DNA of 64,000 nt from a virus. Below, in pieces: positions 29,620 to 39,484 of the stretch. The notes below the pieces were generated by a model. The model saw only the letters and a program-made list of their open reading frames with translations, ran no database searches and was not told the DNA's origin. The number at the start of each line of letters is the position of its first letter. Position 1 is the first letter of the stretch. The translations under genes were made by a program, and so were the position numbers. The stretch covers positions 1 through 64,000 of the IMG/VR virus record IMGVR_UViG_3300034044_000040; one strand, given 5' to 3'.

Positions 29620-32103
29620 ATGGCAACGCTCGCACTAAATCTCGCGGTTGGTATCGCTGGGCAAATCCTGTTTTCCTATCTGGCACCGAAACCGCCAGAT
29701 CAGGAAGGCCCTCGGCTTGCCGACCTCAACATCCCGGCGGTCAGCCCCGGCAACCCAGTGAACCGGGTGTGGGGCAAAATGAAGGTGCCCGCTCAGCTGA
29801 TATGGGCACCCGGCCTTGAGGAGACCAAGCACACCAAAAAGGTAAAAGGTGGCAAGGGCGGCAAGAAATCACAGAAGCAGATCACATACACCTATTCGGC
29901 GTCCCTAGCGGCGGCGGTGGGGGAGGGCGAACTCACCATCACCGCCATCTTCGGCAATGAGAAAATCATCTGGAGCGGTGACGTTGATCTGGACGATTTC
30001 AATGCGTCTCGGGATGCTTACCGCGCCGAGCGGCTGGCGCATTGGACCTCCTATTATACCGCCCAGACCTTCGGGGAGAACGAGGATCGCACTCACTCCC
30101 CGGAGACCGTCACCCGTTTGGCAACCAACCGGACAAATCAGGACGTGGCGAACTGGGAAAAACAGAATGACCCGACACGTGACTGGCCCGCGTATGACCA
30201 ACTCACACGGTACTCCGGGTCAGAAACCCAGAACCCCGACCCCACTATGGAAAGTTATCTCGGCGTGGGGGAGGTGCCTGCATATAGGGGAACCTGTTAT
30301 TTCGTCATAGACAATCTTCAGCTTGCGGATTTTGGCAACAGCATCCCGCAATTTCGCGTAGAGGTGAAGGATCGTGACGGTAAAGTATCCATGAAGGATA
30401 TCGTGGTTGATCTGTGCACGGAAGCAGGGCTGGTGGAGGGAGACACTTTTGAGGTTGCCCCGGACCTTACCACCATGCAGATCGAGGGGTTCACGTTGTC
30501 CAGACTGACTTCACCCCGTGAAGCGATTGATATGTTGGTCAATGTGTTCCCGTTCAACGCATCTGAGGCGGGCAACTCCATCCTGTTCAGGGGGCAGGAC
30601 CGCTTGCCGCTGGCAGCCATAGACTGGAATGATCTTCGCGCCTATGGGGACGGGGACAGCCCCGGCAATAAACTGGAACGGCTGCGCACGGATGACCTTC
30701 AGCTTCCGAGAGAAATAAAACTTTCATATCAGGACGTTAATCGTAATTTTTCGAAAAACACTGCGGTGTCATCCCGGCAGGTATCTCAATCAAACTCGGT
30801 GCAGACCAGCGACCTTCCCGTTGCCACTGAACCTTGCATCATGAAGAAGGCAGCTGAGACTGCCATGGCCACGGTGATATCGGAGCGCAACAGCTATGCG
30901 TGCACGGTACCTGCAAAATATCTGCGCCTGAAAGCTGGCGACGTGGTTCACCTTCCCGTGTCGGCCACGGAATACAAGGTTGCGCGGATCATCCAGCTTG
31001 ACGTCGGGAAGAATTTGCTCCTCGAAATGAAACTGTCGGATCACGTCATGTCGCGCTCCGATATCGTGTCAATTGCGGATGACAGTGTGGCTGGCGCGCA
31101 ACAGGTCATACCATTTGCTGACACCGCAGGGTATGTCATGGATGTGCCAAGTCTGGATGACACCCTGCAAGACACAGGGGTATATGTGGCCTTTTCCCCC
31201 AACACCACGAACTGGAGCGGCGGGGGGTTGTTCCGCGACACCAATTCAGGCTCAGAAACCCCACTATTTGGGCAGAACCTCGGCACCACATCGGGCACCT
31301 CATGGGAATTGGAGGTCAGCACGACGAACGACACTCATGCAGGAAATGCGGTATCCGCGCTGCCAAGTGCATCCCCTTATCTCGTGGATCGGGAAAACAA
31401 ATTGGAGGTGGTATTCACATCACCTGATCCTCAGTTTACGGGACAGACCTTCGAGCAGGCGGTTTCCGGAACCGACAATGTGTTTCTTGTCGGTGACGAG
31501 ATAGTGCAGGCGCTCAGCGTGGAGCAAGTGGACGATAATTTTTTCATCTTCAGTGACCTCATACGGGGCCTTCGTGGTACGGAATGGGCGGCGCATTTTC
31601 ATGTGGAGGATGAGCGGGTCGTGCATCTTGTCAACTCCGCACTTGAGCGCTGGATACTGCCGACCACGCTGTTGGAAAAAGATGTGGATTATCGCGTCGT
31701 TTCCGATGGCATGGACGTGCTGGCGCAAGGCACTGAAACACTCACGTTTGCCGCAGCCAGTGATCGCGCATTTGCTCCGGCCATTATTGATGTGCAGCGC
31801 ACCATCACAGGAGACCTCACGGTATCGCTCGATCCCCGCCCCCGATACAATTCCGGGTGGTTGAATGGAGAAGGCACAGCAACCATTGATGACGACAATT
31901 ACACGGTGGAGATATACGACGCCCCGGCCTATGGGGCAGCAAATCTCATACGCACAACGACACTTGTAGGGAGCAGAATTTTTACCTATACTGCAACCGA
32001 CCAAATTGCAGATTTCGGTACCGCGCAGAGCATGATAAATCTGAAGATCACTCAGCAGGGCAAAGACGCGCGCTCCGGTTTCCCAAATTATTCCATCGTG
32101 TAA
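29620..32103 (+). CDS. tail tip/host specificity protein, GTA g15-like
   Basis: EGPRLADL, YTYSASLA, VPAYRGTCY, LADFGNSIPQ, LIRGLRGTE. Confidence 0.88.
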   Translation: MATLALNLAVGIAGQILFSYLAPKPPDQEGPRLADLNIPAVSPGNPVNRVWGKMKVPAQLIWAPGLEETKHTKKVKGGKGGKKSQKQITYTYSASLAAAVGEGELTITAIFGNEKIIWSGDVDLDDFNASRDAYRAERLAHWTSYYTAQTFGENEDRTHSPETVTRLATNRTNQDVANWEKQNDPTRDWPAYDQLTRYSGSETQNPDPTMESYLGVGEVPAYRGTCYFVIDNLQLADFGNSIPQFRVEVKDRDGKVSMKDIVVDLCTEAGLVEGDTFEVAPDLTTMQIEGFTLSRLTSPREAIDMLVNVFPFNASEAGNSILFRGQDRLPLAAIDWNDLRAYGDGDSPGNKLERLRTDDLQLPREIKLSYQDVNRNFSKNTAVSSRQVSQSNSVQTSDLPVATEPCIMKKAAETAMATVISERNSYACTVPAKYLRLKAGDVVHLPVSATEYKVARIIQLDVGKNLLLEMKLSDHVMSRSDIVSIADDSVAGAQQVIPFADTAGYVMDVPSLDDTLQDTGVYVAFSPNTTNWSGGGLFRDTNSGSETPLFGQNLGTTSGTSWELEVSTTNDTHAGNAVSALPSASPYLVDRENKLEVVFTSPDPQFTGQTFEQAVSGTDNVFLVGDEIVQALSVEQVDDNFFIFSDLIRGLRGTEWAAHFHVEDERVVHLVNSALERWILPTTLLEKDVDYRVVSDGMDVLAQGTETLTFAAASDRAFAPAIIDVQRTITGDLTVSLDPRPRYNSGWLNGEGTATIDDDNYTVEIYDAPAYGAANLIRTTTLVGSRIFTYTATDQIADFGTAQSMINLKITQQGKDARSGFPNYSIV

Positions 32104-32115
32104 CGGAGCCTGATC

Positions 32116-33549
32116 ATGTCAACCACCGCCCGCCTCGGCCTCGCACTTATGGCCACGTCAACGCTATCGAAAGAGACGGTGTTCAATGAGGCGGTGGCCA
32201 CGCTGGACGCCCTCGTGCACCCGAAAGCGCTATCCGCGACCATCGCATCCCCTCCGGGCACGCCGTCGCTGGGTGACGTCTATATCATACCTGTCGGAGC
32301 CACCGGGGCATGGGCGGGACATGACAACAAGATCGCGGTGTATACCACGGGGTGGAAATACCTTGATCCCATTTCCGGGTTTTTTATATGGGTGGCGGAC
32401 ACGGCGAAAACCTACAGATATGATGAAGTCACATTGGCGTGGGTCGAAAACGTGCTCACGGTATCCAATCTGACAGACCTCACGGATGTGGATGCTGGTG
32501 ATCTTAGCACCGGGGCCTTACTGAGATATGATGCGACGGCGGGTAAGTATGCATTGCAACTGGTTGCACTCGACGACCTCAGCAACGTGTCAGCCGCTGC
32601 CCCCAATGACGGGCAGGTGCTGGCATGGGTCAGCGCGAACGCCGCGTGGGAGGTATCTGATGTGCCCCCGATGACTGGTGCCGCTATCAAGGCAGCCTAT
32701 GAGGGGGAAGCGAACACGAACGCCTTCACCGATGCTGAAAAGACGAAGCTGGCGGGGCTTGATGGATCGAAATACTTGGGCACCTATGTGAGCCTGACCG
32801 CCCTCAACGCTGCACAACCTGCACCGGCGATAGGGTCGTATGCCCATGTTGATGCTGGAGCAGGCTCAGATGTGCAGCTGTATATCTGGGATAATGACGA
32901 CGCCAAATTCGTTGTGTCAGCAGGTGGCGGCGGAACCATGACAGGGGCTGCCATCAAAGTGGCCTATGAAGGGGAACCTGACACAAACGCCTTCACGGAC
33001 GCAGAGAAAGCGAAGCTGGCAGGCGTGGAGGCGGGGGCCACGGCGGACCAGACAGATCAGGAGATCGTGACCGCCTACAATGCAGTGGTGGCGCAGGTAA
33101 CCGGCCCCGAGATTACGGCTGGCACGGCAACCACGGTGCGCAGGTTCAGCCCGAAAGATGTAACGGATATGGTGCTTGCACACGCGCCAGCAGGAGGCAC
33201 ACCCCCTCCGGCCCCCTATGACGTCAGGTTAGGGTTCACCGCCACACCAACCGCAGGGCAGGTGATTGATACGATAATGGTGGTTCGCGATATCAATTTT
33301 CCCGCAGATTTCTCAGGGTCACTTGGCACAATTGGTACGCTGCCCACGGCAAACATGATCCTGACGTTAAAGGCGGACGGTGTGGCCGTAGGCACCACCA
33401 CAATAGACACGGCGGGGGTGTTCACGTTCGCGACGACGGGGGGAACAACACAGACTATCGCTACCGGAGCGATCCTCACGCTGGAAGCACCAGCCACCGC
33501 TGATGCGACAGCTGCGAATGCTGCGTTTACCCTCATGGGGACAGTATAA
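32116..33549 (+). CDS. DUF2793-domain tail fibre protein
   Basis: TARLGL...KETVFNEA...LDAL...PPGTPSLGDVYII...GAWAGHD. Confidence 0.85.
   Translation: MSTTARLGLALMATSTLSKETVFNEAVATLDALVHPKALSATIASPPGTPSLGDVYIIPVGATGAWAGHDNKIAVYTTGWKYLDPISGFFIWVADTAKTYRYDEVTLAWVENVLTVSNLTDLTDVDAGDLSTGALLRYDATAGKYALQLVALDDLSNVSAAAPNDGQVLAWVSANAAWEVSDVPPMTGAAIKAAYEGEANTNAFTDAEKTKLAGLDGSKYLGTYVSLTALNAAQPAPAIGSYAHVDAGAGSDVQLYIWDNDDAKFVVSAGGGGTMTGAAIKVAYEGEPDTNAFTDAEKAKLAGVEAGATADQTDQEIVTAYNAVVAQVTGPEITAGTATTVRRFSPKDVTDMVLAHAPAGGTPPPAPYDVRLGFTATPTAGQVIDTIMVVRDINFPADFSGSLGTIGTLPTANMILTLKADGVAVGTTTIDTAGVFTFATTGGTTQTIATGAILTLEAPATADATAANAAFTLMGTV
32671..33027 (+). repeat. internal 30-aa repeat in the tail fibre
   Basis: MTGAAIKAAYEGEANTNAFTDAEKTKLAGL at 32671 and MTGAAIKVAYEGEPDTNAFTDAEKAKLAGV at 32938. 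Confidence 0.85.
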
Positions 33550-34499
33550 TGCTACTGTCGATCCCCGGATATATCGGTTCCTACAGCCCCCCACCAGCAT
33601 CAGGAGGTCCGTTGAAGCAGTATTGGCGCTTCGAGTTTTCCACAGGGTATTCGAGTGAATTCACTTCAATACAAGAGCTTGAAATATACTCAGACGAAAC
33701 CACCAACATCGCCGCCAGTGCAACGGTGACCACGCCTTCCACGTTGCAGCCAAGCTCGTCCATACAAGGACTTGTGGATGGTAACCTGACCAACGAGGCC
33801 CCCGGTGGGGTAGTATATAACAGTGGTACCATAAGAAGGCTGGCTGATTTCGCGTTTCCCGGACCTGTAAATCTGCACCATATCCGCCGGTATGACCGGG
33901 CTGATACGAACAGCACGTATGCGATATCGCACACCACTGCGATGGTGAAGGTGTCACACTCTGATGATGGAGTAAATTACACGCCGTATTTTGTGGGGTT
34001 CGATCCAGCCACCAAACCCGCGTCATGGCACACGTTCAACGCCCCTTATGTTGACGGAATTACCGCAAACACGCCGAACAGCCATTGTGGTATTGAGATC
34101 ACAACTTCACAAAGCGGGAACCGGTGGAGCGGGATGCGGGTGAACTCGTACTACGCGGGCGGTGTGGAACAAGTCGGTCCAACAGCTGGCGCAGTAGCGT
34201 CTTATGAAACATCAACTCACACTGGCAGCGCCAGCTTCAAGGCGTCAAGACTGCTGGTGAATGACACAAATCGCTGGGTGTCAATGGATGCCACAGGATT
34301 GGCGTTACAGGGGGTATTTTTTGAAATGGCTACCCCGGCGGTGATAGACAGGGTGGATATTACCTCCACTCAGTACAACAACAACATGCCGAAGGACTTC
34401 TCTTTGTTGGTGGGAAATGGTAAGACTTTCGTGTCCGCCCTTGACAGGGTTGGCGAACCAGCGTGGGGTACAGGGGAACTCAGGCAATATAATGTGTAG
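33549..34499 (+). CDS. putative receptor-binding protein (discoidin/F5-8-like domains)
   Basis: QYWRF...SIQELEI; PKDF...W; position in the fibre cluster. Confidence 0.6.
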   Translation: MLLSIPGYIGSYSPPPASGGPLKQYWRFEFSTGYSSEFTSIQELEIYSDETTNIAASATVTTPSTLQPSSSIQGLVDGNLTNEAPGGVVYNSGTIRRLADFAFPGPVNLHHIRRYDRADTNSTYAISHTTAMVKVSHSDDGVNYTPYFVGFDPATKPASWHTFNAPYVDGITANTPNSHCGIEITTSQSGNRWSGMRVNSYYAGGVEQVGPTAGAVASYETSTHTGSASFKASRLLVNDTNRWVSMDATGLALQGVFFEMATPAVIDRVDITSTQYNNNMPKDFSLLVGNGKTFVSALDRVGEPAWGTGELRQYNV

Positions 34500-34593
34500 G
34501 CACGACGCATGAGCAAACTGCTCTGGATGGTTTTAATAATTAACACCTGCCATATTTTGAAATATGCCGGGCTAATCACGAAGGAACGCAAAA

Positions 34594-35649
34594 ATGTCAA
34601 ATATTCTATTCGCAGGCAATGATCTGAGTGCCTATGCTGGCCAAGGTGCAGTCACTTTTGACACGACAACCGTTCTGCATGATCCAAAGTACGCAGACGG
34701 GGAAATCGTGATCAGTGCTAAAGACAAGGCATTTGGTTTTTTTAGGGAACCTGTGATACTCGGTGGCAGTTGCTGGGTACACTTCAGGGTACACTGGGGT
34801 ACCGTTGTTTCATTCTTGCGGTATGTCAGGAACTCATATGCCACTACCGACATCGTTGGCTTGTATGACCAGTCAAATCCTTCGGCGCGCCCTCTTGGTG
34901 TACGGTTTAATATGACATCTGGTGATCAGCCGGTCGGGTTACAGGCGTTTTCCGGCACTGATCTCGCCGGTGCAGACCAGCTGGTGGGTAACGTGCACCT
35001 GACCGGGCAAGATAAGACGTTCACCGTGGACGTCAATGCCACCCTTGATCCCATATTTGGTAAAATTCTCATGTATTTTGATGGGGTGTTGGTGCTGTCA
35101 TATTATGGTGACACGACGCTATCTGGCCAAATTACTGAATGGAACGCATTCTATCACCAGTCACCCGCAGTGCAGACCAACGTAACAGGTAAACTATGGA
35201 TAAGTGAGGGGTTGGCGTCCAAGGTTTCAACCATTGGGCAGCGGGTTGCTTCCTTGCGCCCCATTGCAGATGGTGATCGGGCGGAATGGACTGGCAACTT
35301 TGACAACGTGAACGATCTTATCCCAGACGATGGCACCACCCTATCATCTAATACGCCGGAGGCGGTACATTTGATGCAACTCAGTGCCTTGGACGCCACG
35401 TTGCCGCTGGACCTGTCTGTCACCTCGCTCGTAACTTCGGTACGGGGATCGGACAATGGGACAGGAGCAGTAACCGGAATTGAGCACGCCGTGAAATCCG
35501 GTGGGGTTGAAGCCTTCGGCACGACCCATAGTATTGCGACCGTCGTTCAGACTGATCAGGAAATGTGGGACGTGAACCCGGTCACCGGGCTGCCGTGGAC
35601 GAAAGCGGAAATCGACGCGATACAGGTCGGTGTGAAAGCAAAAGCATAA
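34594..35649 (+). CDS. virion tail/fibre protein, paralog of 25975
   Basis: C-terminal PDD...NPVTGLPWT...IQVG; AAGGA RBS. Confidence 0.65.
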   Translation: MSNILFAGNDLSAYAGQGAVTFDTTTVLHDPKYADGEIVISAKDKAFGFFREPVILGGSCWVHFRVHWGTVVSFLRYVRNSYATTDIVGLYDQSNPSARPLGVRFNMTSGDQPVGLQAFSGTDLAGADQLVGNVHLTGQDKTFTVDVNATLDPIFGKILMYFDGVLVLSYYGDTTLSGQITEWNAFYHQSPAVQTNVTGKLWISEGLASKVSTIGQRVASLRPIADGDRAEWTGNFDNVNDLIPDDGTTLSSNTPEAVHLMQLSALDATLPLDLSVTSLVTSVRGSDNGTGAVTGIEHAVKSGGVEAFGTTHSIATVVQTDQEMWDVNPVTGLPWTKAEIDAIQVGVKAKA

Positions 35650-35658
35650 GGCGGTGTC

Positions 35659-36495
35659 ATGACTATATCTGTCACAAACGTCAGCACGGTAGCCATCCTC
35701 GGAGGTCAGCCGAGCGTGAACCGCGCCGAGGTATACGCCATCTTGTCGCGTCCATTCGATGGGTTGGGGGTGTCTGCCACATCCACGTTAGCTGTACTTG
35801 CCAGTGGCACCGGGGTGGGTGTGTCATCATATGTGGGTAACGTGGTTCTTTCCCTTCCCGTTGTACCTGATCCTGTGCCGACGGACATCCGGTTTTTCGG
35901 AGGCCCTGAGAGTGATGAGCTTCACGTGATACCAGCGAATGTGACAGAGGTAGAATTCAGGCTATGGGGAGCAACGGGGGGCGCTGGGCACGGTTTCTCA
36001 CCCGCCAGCACCCTCACCACGGCAGGCGGCGGTTACGTGGCTGGCAAAGTGGCTGTGGTGGCAGGGGACACGATCACGATACGCACCGGAAGGAAGGGTA
36101 CAGGAGGTAGCGCAGTATCCAAGATATTGGGCACTGGCGGGTGGCCAGACGGGAAAGACGGGGAGTATGATCTGGCGCACGATTGCTATGGCGGCGGACA
36201 GGGCGGATCGACGCAGATATTGCTTAACGGAACCCTGATCGGACAGGCCGGAGGTTCACCCGGTACAGGCGGCTGGCCATTGGGCGGATCGAACGTGCCC
36301 CCGCAAACTGGTTTCCTCGACCCCATTGTGACAGATCAGATTATCGAGGCCCCCATAAACAACATCATGGGAGGGTCAAACAATTTCCTTGACGGTGACC
36401 CGGTGGGAGGCTTCGGCGTGTTGAACACACATCCGGATGACCCAACCATAAACGACGGGCAGGACGGGGTGGCGTGGCTTCGGTATTTCGAATAA
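35659..36495 (+). CDS. glycine-rich fibre protein
   Basis: LWGATGGAG...GGGYV...GGGQGGST...GQDG. Confidence 0.65.
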   Translation: MTISVTNVSTVAILGGQPSVNRAEVYAILSRPFDGLGVSATSTLAVLASGTGVGVSSYVGNVVLSLPVVPDPVPTDIRFFGGPESDELHVIPANVTEVEFRLWGATGGAGHGFSPASTLTTAGGGYVAGKVAVVAGDTITIRTGRKGTGGSAVSKILGTGGWPDGKDGEYDLAHDCYGGGQGGSTQILLNGTLIGQAGGSPGTGGWPLGGSNVPPQTGFLDPIVTDQIIEAPINNIMGGSNNFLDGDPVGGFGVLNTHPDDPTINDGQDGVAWLRYFE

Positions 36496-36574
36496 CCCAC
36501 GGTCAAAGCGCCCGGAATATTGACTTTCACACGTGTAGGTGGATAGAACAGACGACAGAGCTAGGAGACCTCGG

Positions 36575-36868
36575 ATGAGTATTAGTGATCACCCAGACGC
36601 AATGTTTGAAATAACACGCCGTGATCTTGATGACATCATCGAGACCGCCGCCGAAAGAGGTGCGAAAAAGGCCCTTAATGCGATTGGTTTGGATGACGAG
36701 GCGGCGGTGAAGGACGTTGCCGAGCTTCGTGGGTTGATGCAGGTTTGGCGTGATGCGCGCAAGACGGCCCTCATGACGGTCGTGAAAACGATCACCACGG
36801 CATTACTGGGTGTCCTCGCTCTGGGGGTGGCAATCCAGCTTGGTGTCATCGGGGTAGGTAGGAAATAA
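36575..36868 (+). CDS. DUF6127-like membrane protein (lysis-associated)
   Basis: AAERGAKKAL..IGL...DV.ELRGL...WRDARKT plus C-terminal TM. Confidence 0.75.
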   Translation: MSISDHPDAMFEITRRDLDDIIETAAERGAKKALNAIGLDDEAAVKDVAELRGLMQVWRDARKTALMTVVKTITTALLGVLALGVAIQLGVIGVGRK

Positions 36869-36981
36869 TTTGCAACCCGTTGCAACCCGCTGCACGGTAT
36901 TTTAATACGGAAATTGATTATGCCCCGCCAAACGTGTAGGGTATCGACATAAACGAGGACCACCCACCGGAGGACCGCAAT

Positions 36982-37734
36982 ATGATGCACGAAGACGACC
37001 AAGAAGCAGAAAACCCGGTTACAGGTAGGCCGGTGCACGTGATCGCGCTGATAGGGCCTGCTGGCGCAGGGAAAACCACGGTCGCCACGGAATTGCAAAC
37101 TTCCTATCGCATGACCAGATTTAGGTTCGCTGACACCCTGAAAAACATGATCGAATTGTTGGGGTGCACGCGCGAGCACATTGATGGGAGCCTCAAAGAA
37201 AAACCCCTGTCCCTGCTATGTGGTGCTACCACTCGACACGCCATGCAGACGCTGGGCACGGAATGGCGTGATATGCTGGGGCCACAGGGAAAGTATCTAT
37301 GGGCCATCCAAACCACAGAGGCCATAAGAAAAGAGGCGGACAGCGCGGCTGGAGAAACAGAGCCGCTGCCTGTCGTGGTGGATGACGCCCGTTTTCCCCA
37401 CGAGATAGAGACGCTTCGCGCCGCCGGTTTCAAAGTGCGGGTGGTGCTGGTATGGGACAGCCGGAGGCGCTATCCTTTTTTTCGCATGTGGCTTGCCCGG
37501 AGGTGGTGGGGCCGCGCCCTCATGAAGTTGGTGCCGTACATGTATCTGCATGAGAGTGAGGCACACTGGCCCGTCATGCGTGAAGATGACGAGATCGACA
37601 ATTCAGGCACCGTGGATGATCTTCGCAGGAAGGTGCATTCACTTGCAAAGCGCCAACAACAGGAACACTTTTTTGAGATCGGTGCACAATCCAGAGTGAC
37701 CCTCACGAAAAAGAAACAACCACAGCAAGGATAA
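36982..37734 (+). CDS. deoxynucleoside monophosphate kinase
   Basis: GPAGAGKT, FADTLK, RHAMQTLGTEW, DDARFPHE, HESE, IDNSGT. Confidence 0.88.
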   Translation: MMHEDDQEAENPVTGRPVHVIALIGPAGAGKTTVATELQTSYRMTRFRFADTLKNMIELLGCTREHIDGSLKEKPLSLLCGATTRHAMQTLGTEWRDMLGPQGKYLWAIQTTEAIRKEADSAAGETEPLPVVVDDARFPHEIETLRAAGFKVRVVLVWDSRRRYPFFRMWLARRWWGRALMKLVPYMYLHESEAHWPVMREDDEIDNSGTVDDLRRKVHSLAKRQQQEHFFEIGAQSRVTLTKKKQPQQG

Positions 37735-37738
37735 TCCG

Positions 37739-38434
37739 ATGGATATGAAATCTGTACAGACACAGCTTCGCGCGAAAGGGTATCGCGTTGGCAAGGTAGA
37801 CGGCATCGGTGGACCCGCCACGGCGCGTGCGGTGCAGGAAATGCTGAAGGATCAGGGCTTTGACTTCGCCGTATCCGCCACGCCAAAAAAGATCACGGCG
37901 GTAACGCCGGTGGGTGGGCAGAAAAAATCCAAGAAACAGAAGGTGTCGGCTCCTGCACTTGTGGGGTTCACAAAAAGAGAAGCGCTGGAACTCGCGCCGG
38001 TGCATCCAGACCTGATCAAAGTTATCACGCGGGCGAAGGAGACCTGCCCGGAGAAGTTTGGTGTGTTCGATGGCATCCGCACGGCGCAGGATCAGAACGC
38101 CCTTTTCCGGAGAAAAGCATCACAGAAAGATGGGTACAGGAACAAATCAACGCACCAGATGCAAGCCACCGGATACAGCCACGCGGCTGATCTTGTGCCT
38201 TTGGTCAATGGTGAATGGGATTGGGATTGGGATATCCTGTATGTGATCGCGGAGCATATGCATGACGCCGCAGTGGAACTGGACGTACAGATCAGGTGGG
38301 GCGGATGCTGGAAGCATATCAACCCGCTCAAGGGATCGCCGGAAAACTGGGTAGCGGAATACGTGAAGCGCAAGCTGGCTGCCAACAAGCGGGCATTCAA
38401 CGACGGCCCCCATTATGAACTGTATGGATATTGA
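37739..38434 (+). CDS. endolysin: PG-binding domain plus M15 peptidase
   Basis: VQTQL...GKVDGIGGPAT; VHPDL, GIRT...Q, STH...HAADL, RWGG, DGPHYEL. Confidence 0.9.
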   Translation: MDMKSVQTQLRAKGYRVGKVDGIGGPATARAVQEMLKDQGFDFAVSATPKKITAVTPVGGQKKSKKQKVSAPALVGFTKREALELAPVHPDLIKVITRAKETCPEKFGVFDGIRTAQDQNALFRRKASQKDGYRNKSTHQMQATGYSHAADLVPLVNGEWDWDWDILYVIAEHMHDAAVELDVQIRWGGCWKHINPLKGSPENWVAEYVKRKLAANKRAFNDGPHYELYGY

Positions 38435-38435
38435 C

Positions 38436-38678
38436 ATGTTACAGCACCTCGTAAAGTGGTTGATCGGCGGACAGTCCGGATCACGTGAGTTTGCCACGCT
38501 GGCGTGGTTCCTGTGGTTGGCGCTGACCGTGTATCTCTTGTCGCAGGGGAACGAAGTCACGATATCCTCCATGACATACACGGTGTGGATCACGGTCACC
38601 CCGCTCGCGTGGGGCTGGATGGGTGTCGCATTTTTCGGGAAAAAAGTGCTGGATAAATTCAGGCCGGAGGAAGATTGA
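38436..38678 (+). CDS. putative holin
   Basis: 2 TM segments and a charged C-terminus; between endolysin and spanins. Confidence 0.65.
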   Translation: MLQHLVKWLIGGQSGSREFATLAWFLWLALTVYLLSQGNEVTISSMTYTVWITVTPLAWGWMGVAFFGKKVLDKFRPEED

Positions 38679-39034
38679 TGGGGGCGATCATTCTGAGATT
38701 GGCGACAAGCCGCGTCGGCATCGTGGTGATTATCGTGGCGGCTTTGTTCACATGGCACAAAATTGACAAGGGCAGTGCGGTGCGCAAGGCGATCATCGGA
38801 TATGTCGCGGATGTGGAGCTTTCAGCCGAACGTGCAGAGAATGAAAGACTTGCCAGCATATTGGCGCGAGAGCGCAGCGCGAATACCAAACTTCAACAGC
38901 AGATCGACGCCGCAGAGACGACGGCGGCGTCTGCCCGTGAACGGATCAGAAACTATGAAGAAGAAAATCCCTCGCCTGTCGGGTGCCGTGCTGATGCTGC
39001 TTTTATTGAGCGCTTGCGCGGGGTTAAAAAATAG
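38678..39034 (+). CDS. i-spanin (Rz-like)
   Basis: N-terminal TM, coiled coil, C-terminal Cys. Confidence 0.75.
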   Translation: MGAIILRLATSRVGIVVIIVAALFTWHKIDKGSAVRKAIIGYVADVELSAERAENERLASILARERSANTKLQQQIDAAETTAASARERIRNYEEENPSPVGCRADAAFIERLRGVKK

Positions 39035-39242
39035 AGCAGCGGAGGCGGGTGCCACGATTGGCAGTGCCCGCGTGACCTATGCACCCACGTTCCCCCGGTA
39101 TTGCCGCGAGCATACATACGTGGACGCCAGACCGGGTGACCGGCATGATGTGCTGGTTCTGAAATATGATGACGCCTTGGTCGCGGAACACGGTCGCACG
39201 ACTTTTTGCGCGCAGTGGTATGATGAGAATTACCCATCCTGA
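38955..39242 (+). CDS. o-spanin (Rz1-like lipoprotein)
   Basis: MKKK...LLLLSAC lipobox; overlaps the 3' end of the i-spanin. Confidence 0.75.
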   Translation: MKKKIPRLSGAVLMLLLLSACAGLKNRAAEAGATIGSARVTYAPTFPRYCREHTYVDARPGDRHDVLVLKYDDALVAEHGRTTFCAQWYDENYPS

Positions 39243-39336
39243 TTTTTTTGTTGCAACCCGTTGCACAAGGTGGTAGGTATTAGGGGACATCATGTTCATA
39301 TTTGCCGTTTTGCATGATGCTGGTTGAACACTCTAT

Positions 39337-39375
39337 ACGCCTCGCAGGGTTCGCGCCCGCGAGGCGTCACTTTTT
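39337..39375 (+). terminator. terminator ending the late/lysis operon
   Basis: ACGCCTCGC...GCGAGGCGT followed by TTTTT. Confidence 0.7.
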
Positions 39376-39415
39376 ACAGACCAAGTGTTCACTGAATAAT
39401 CATTCATTTTTTCTC

Positions 39416-39443
39416 TTGCAAATAATCGTGGTTGTGGTATTGT
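39416..39443 (+). promoter_or_regulatory. Early promoter, family copy 5
   Basis: TTGCAA-ataatcgtggttgtgg-TATTGT. Confidence 0.8.
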
Positions 39444-39484
39444 GATCTTGTCGAAAGGTTAATTACACACATAGAGAGGGTACC

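Noticed and set aside
26995-32103. Region as a bona fide gene transfer agent cluster
   Set aside because: It is embedded in a full phage genome with its own replication and lysis genes, and the head genes are PBSX-like rather than RcGTA-like.
34500-34593. CtrA box in the AT-rich intergenic stretch
   Set aside because: TTAA-TAA-TTAA has a 3-nt spacer rather than the required 7.
11853-36945. ACGTGTAG upstream of the portal, DUF6127-like and kinase genes as a late promoter motif
   Set aside because: Only three short copies with inconsistent spacing; too weak without TSS data.
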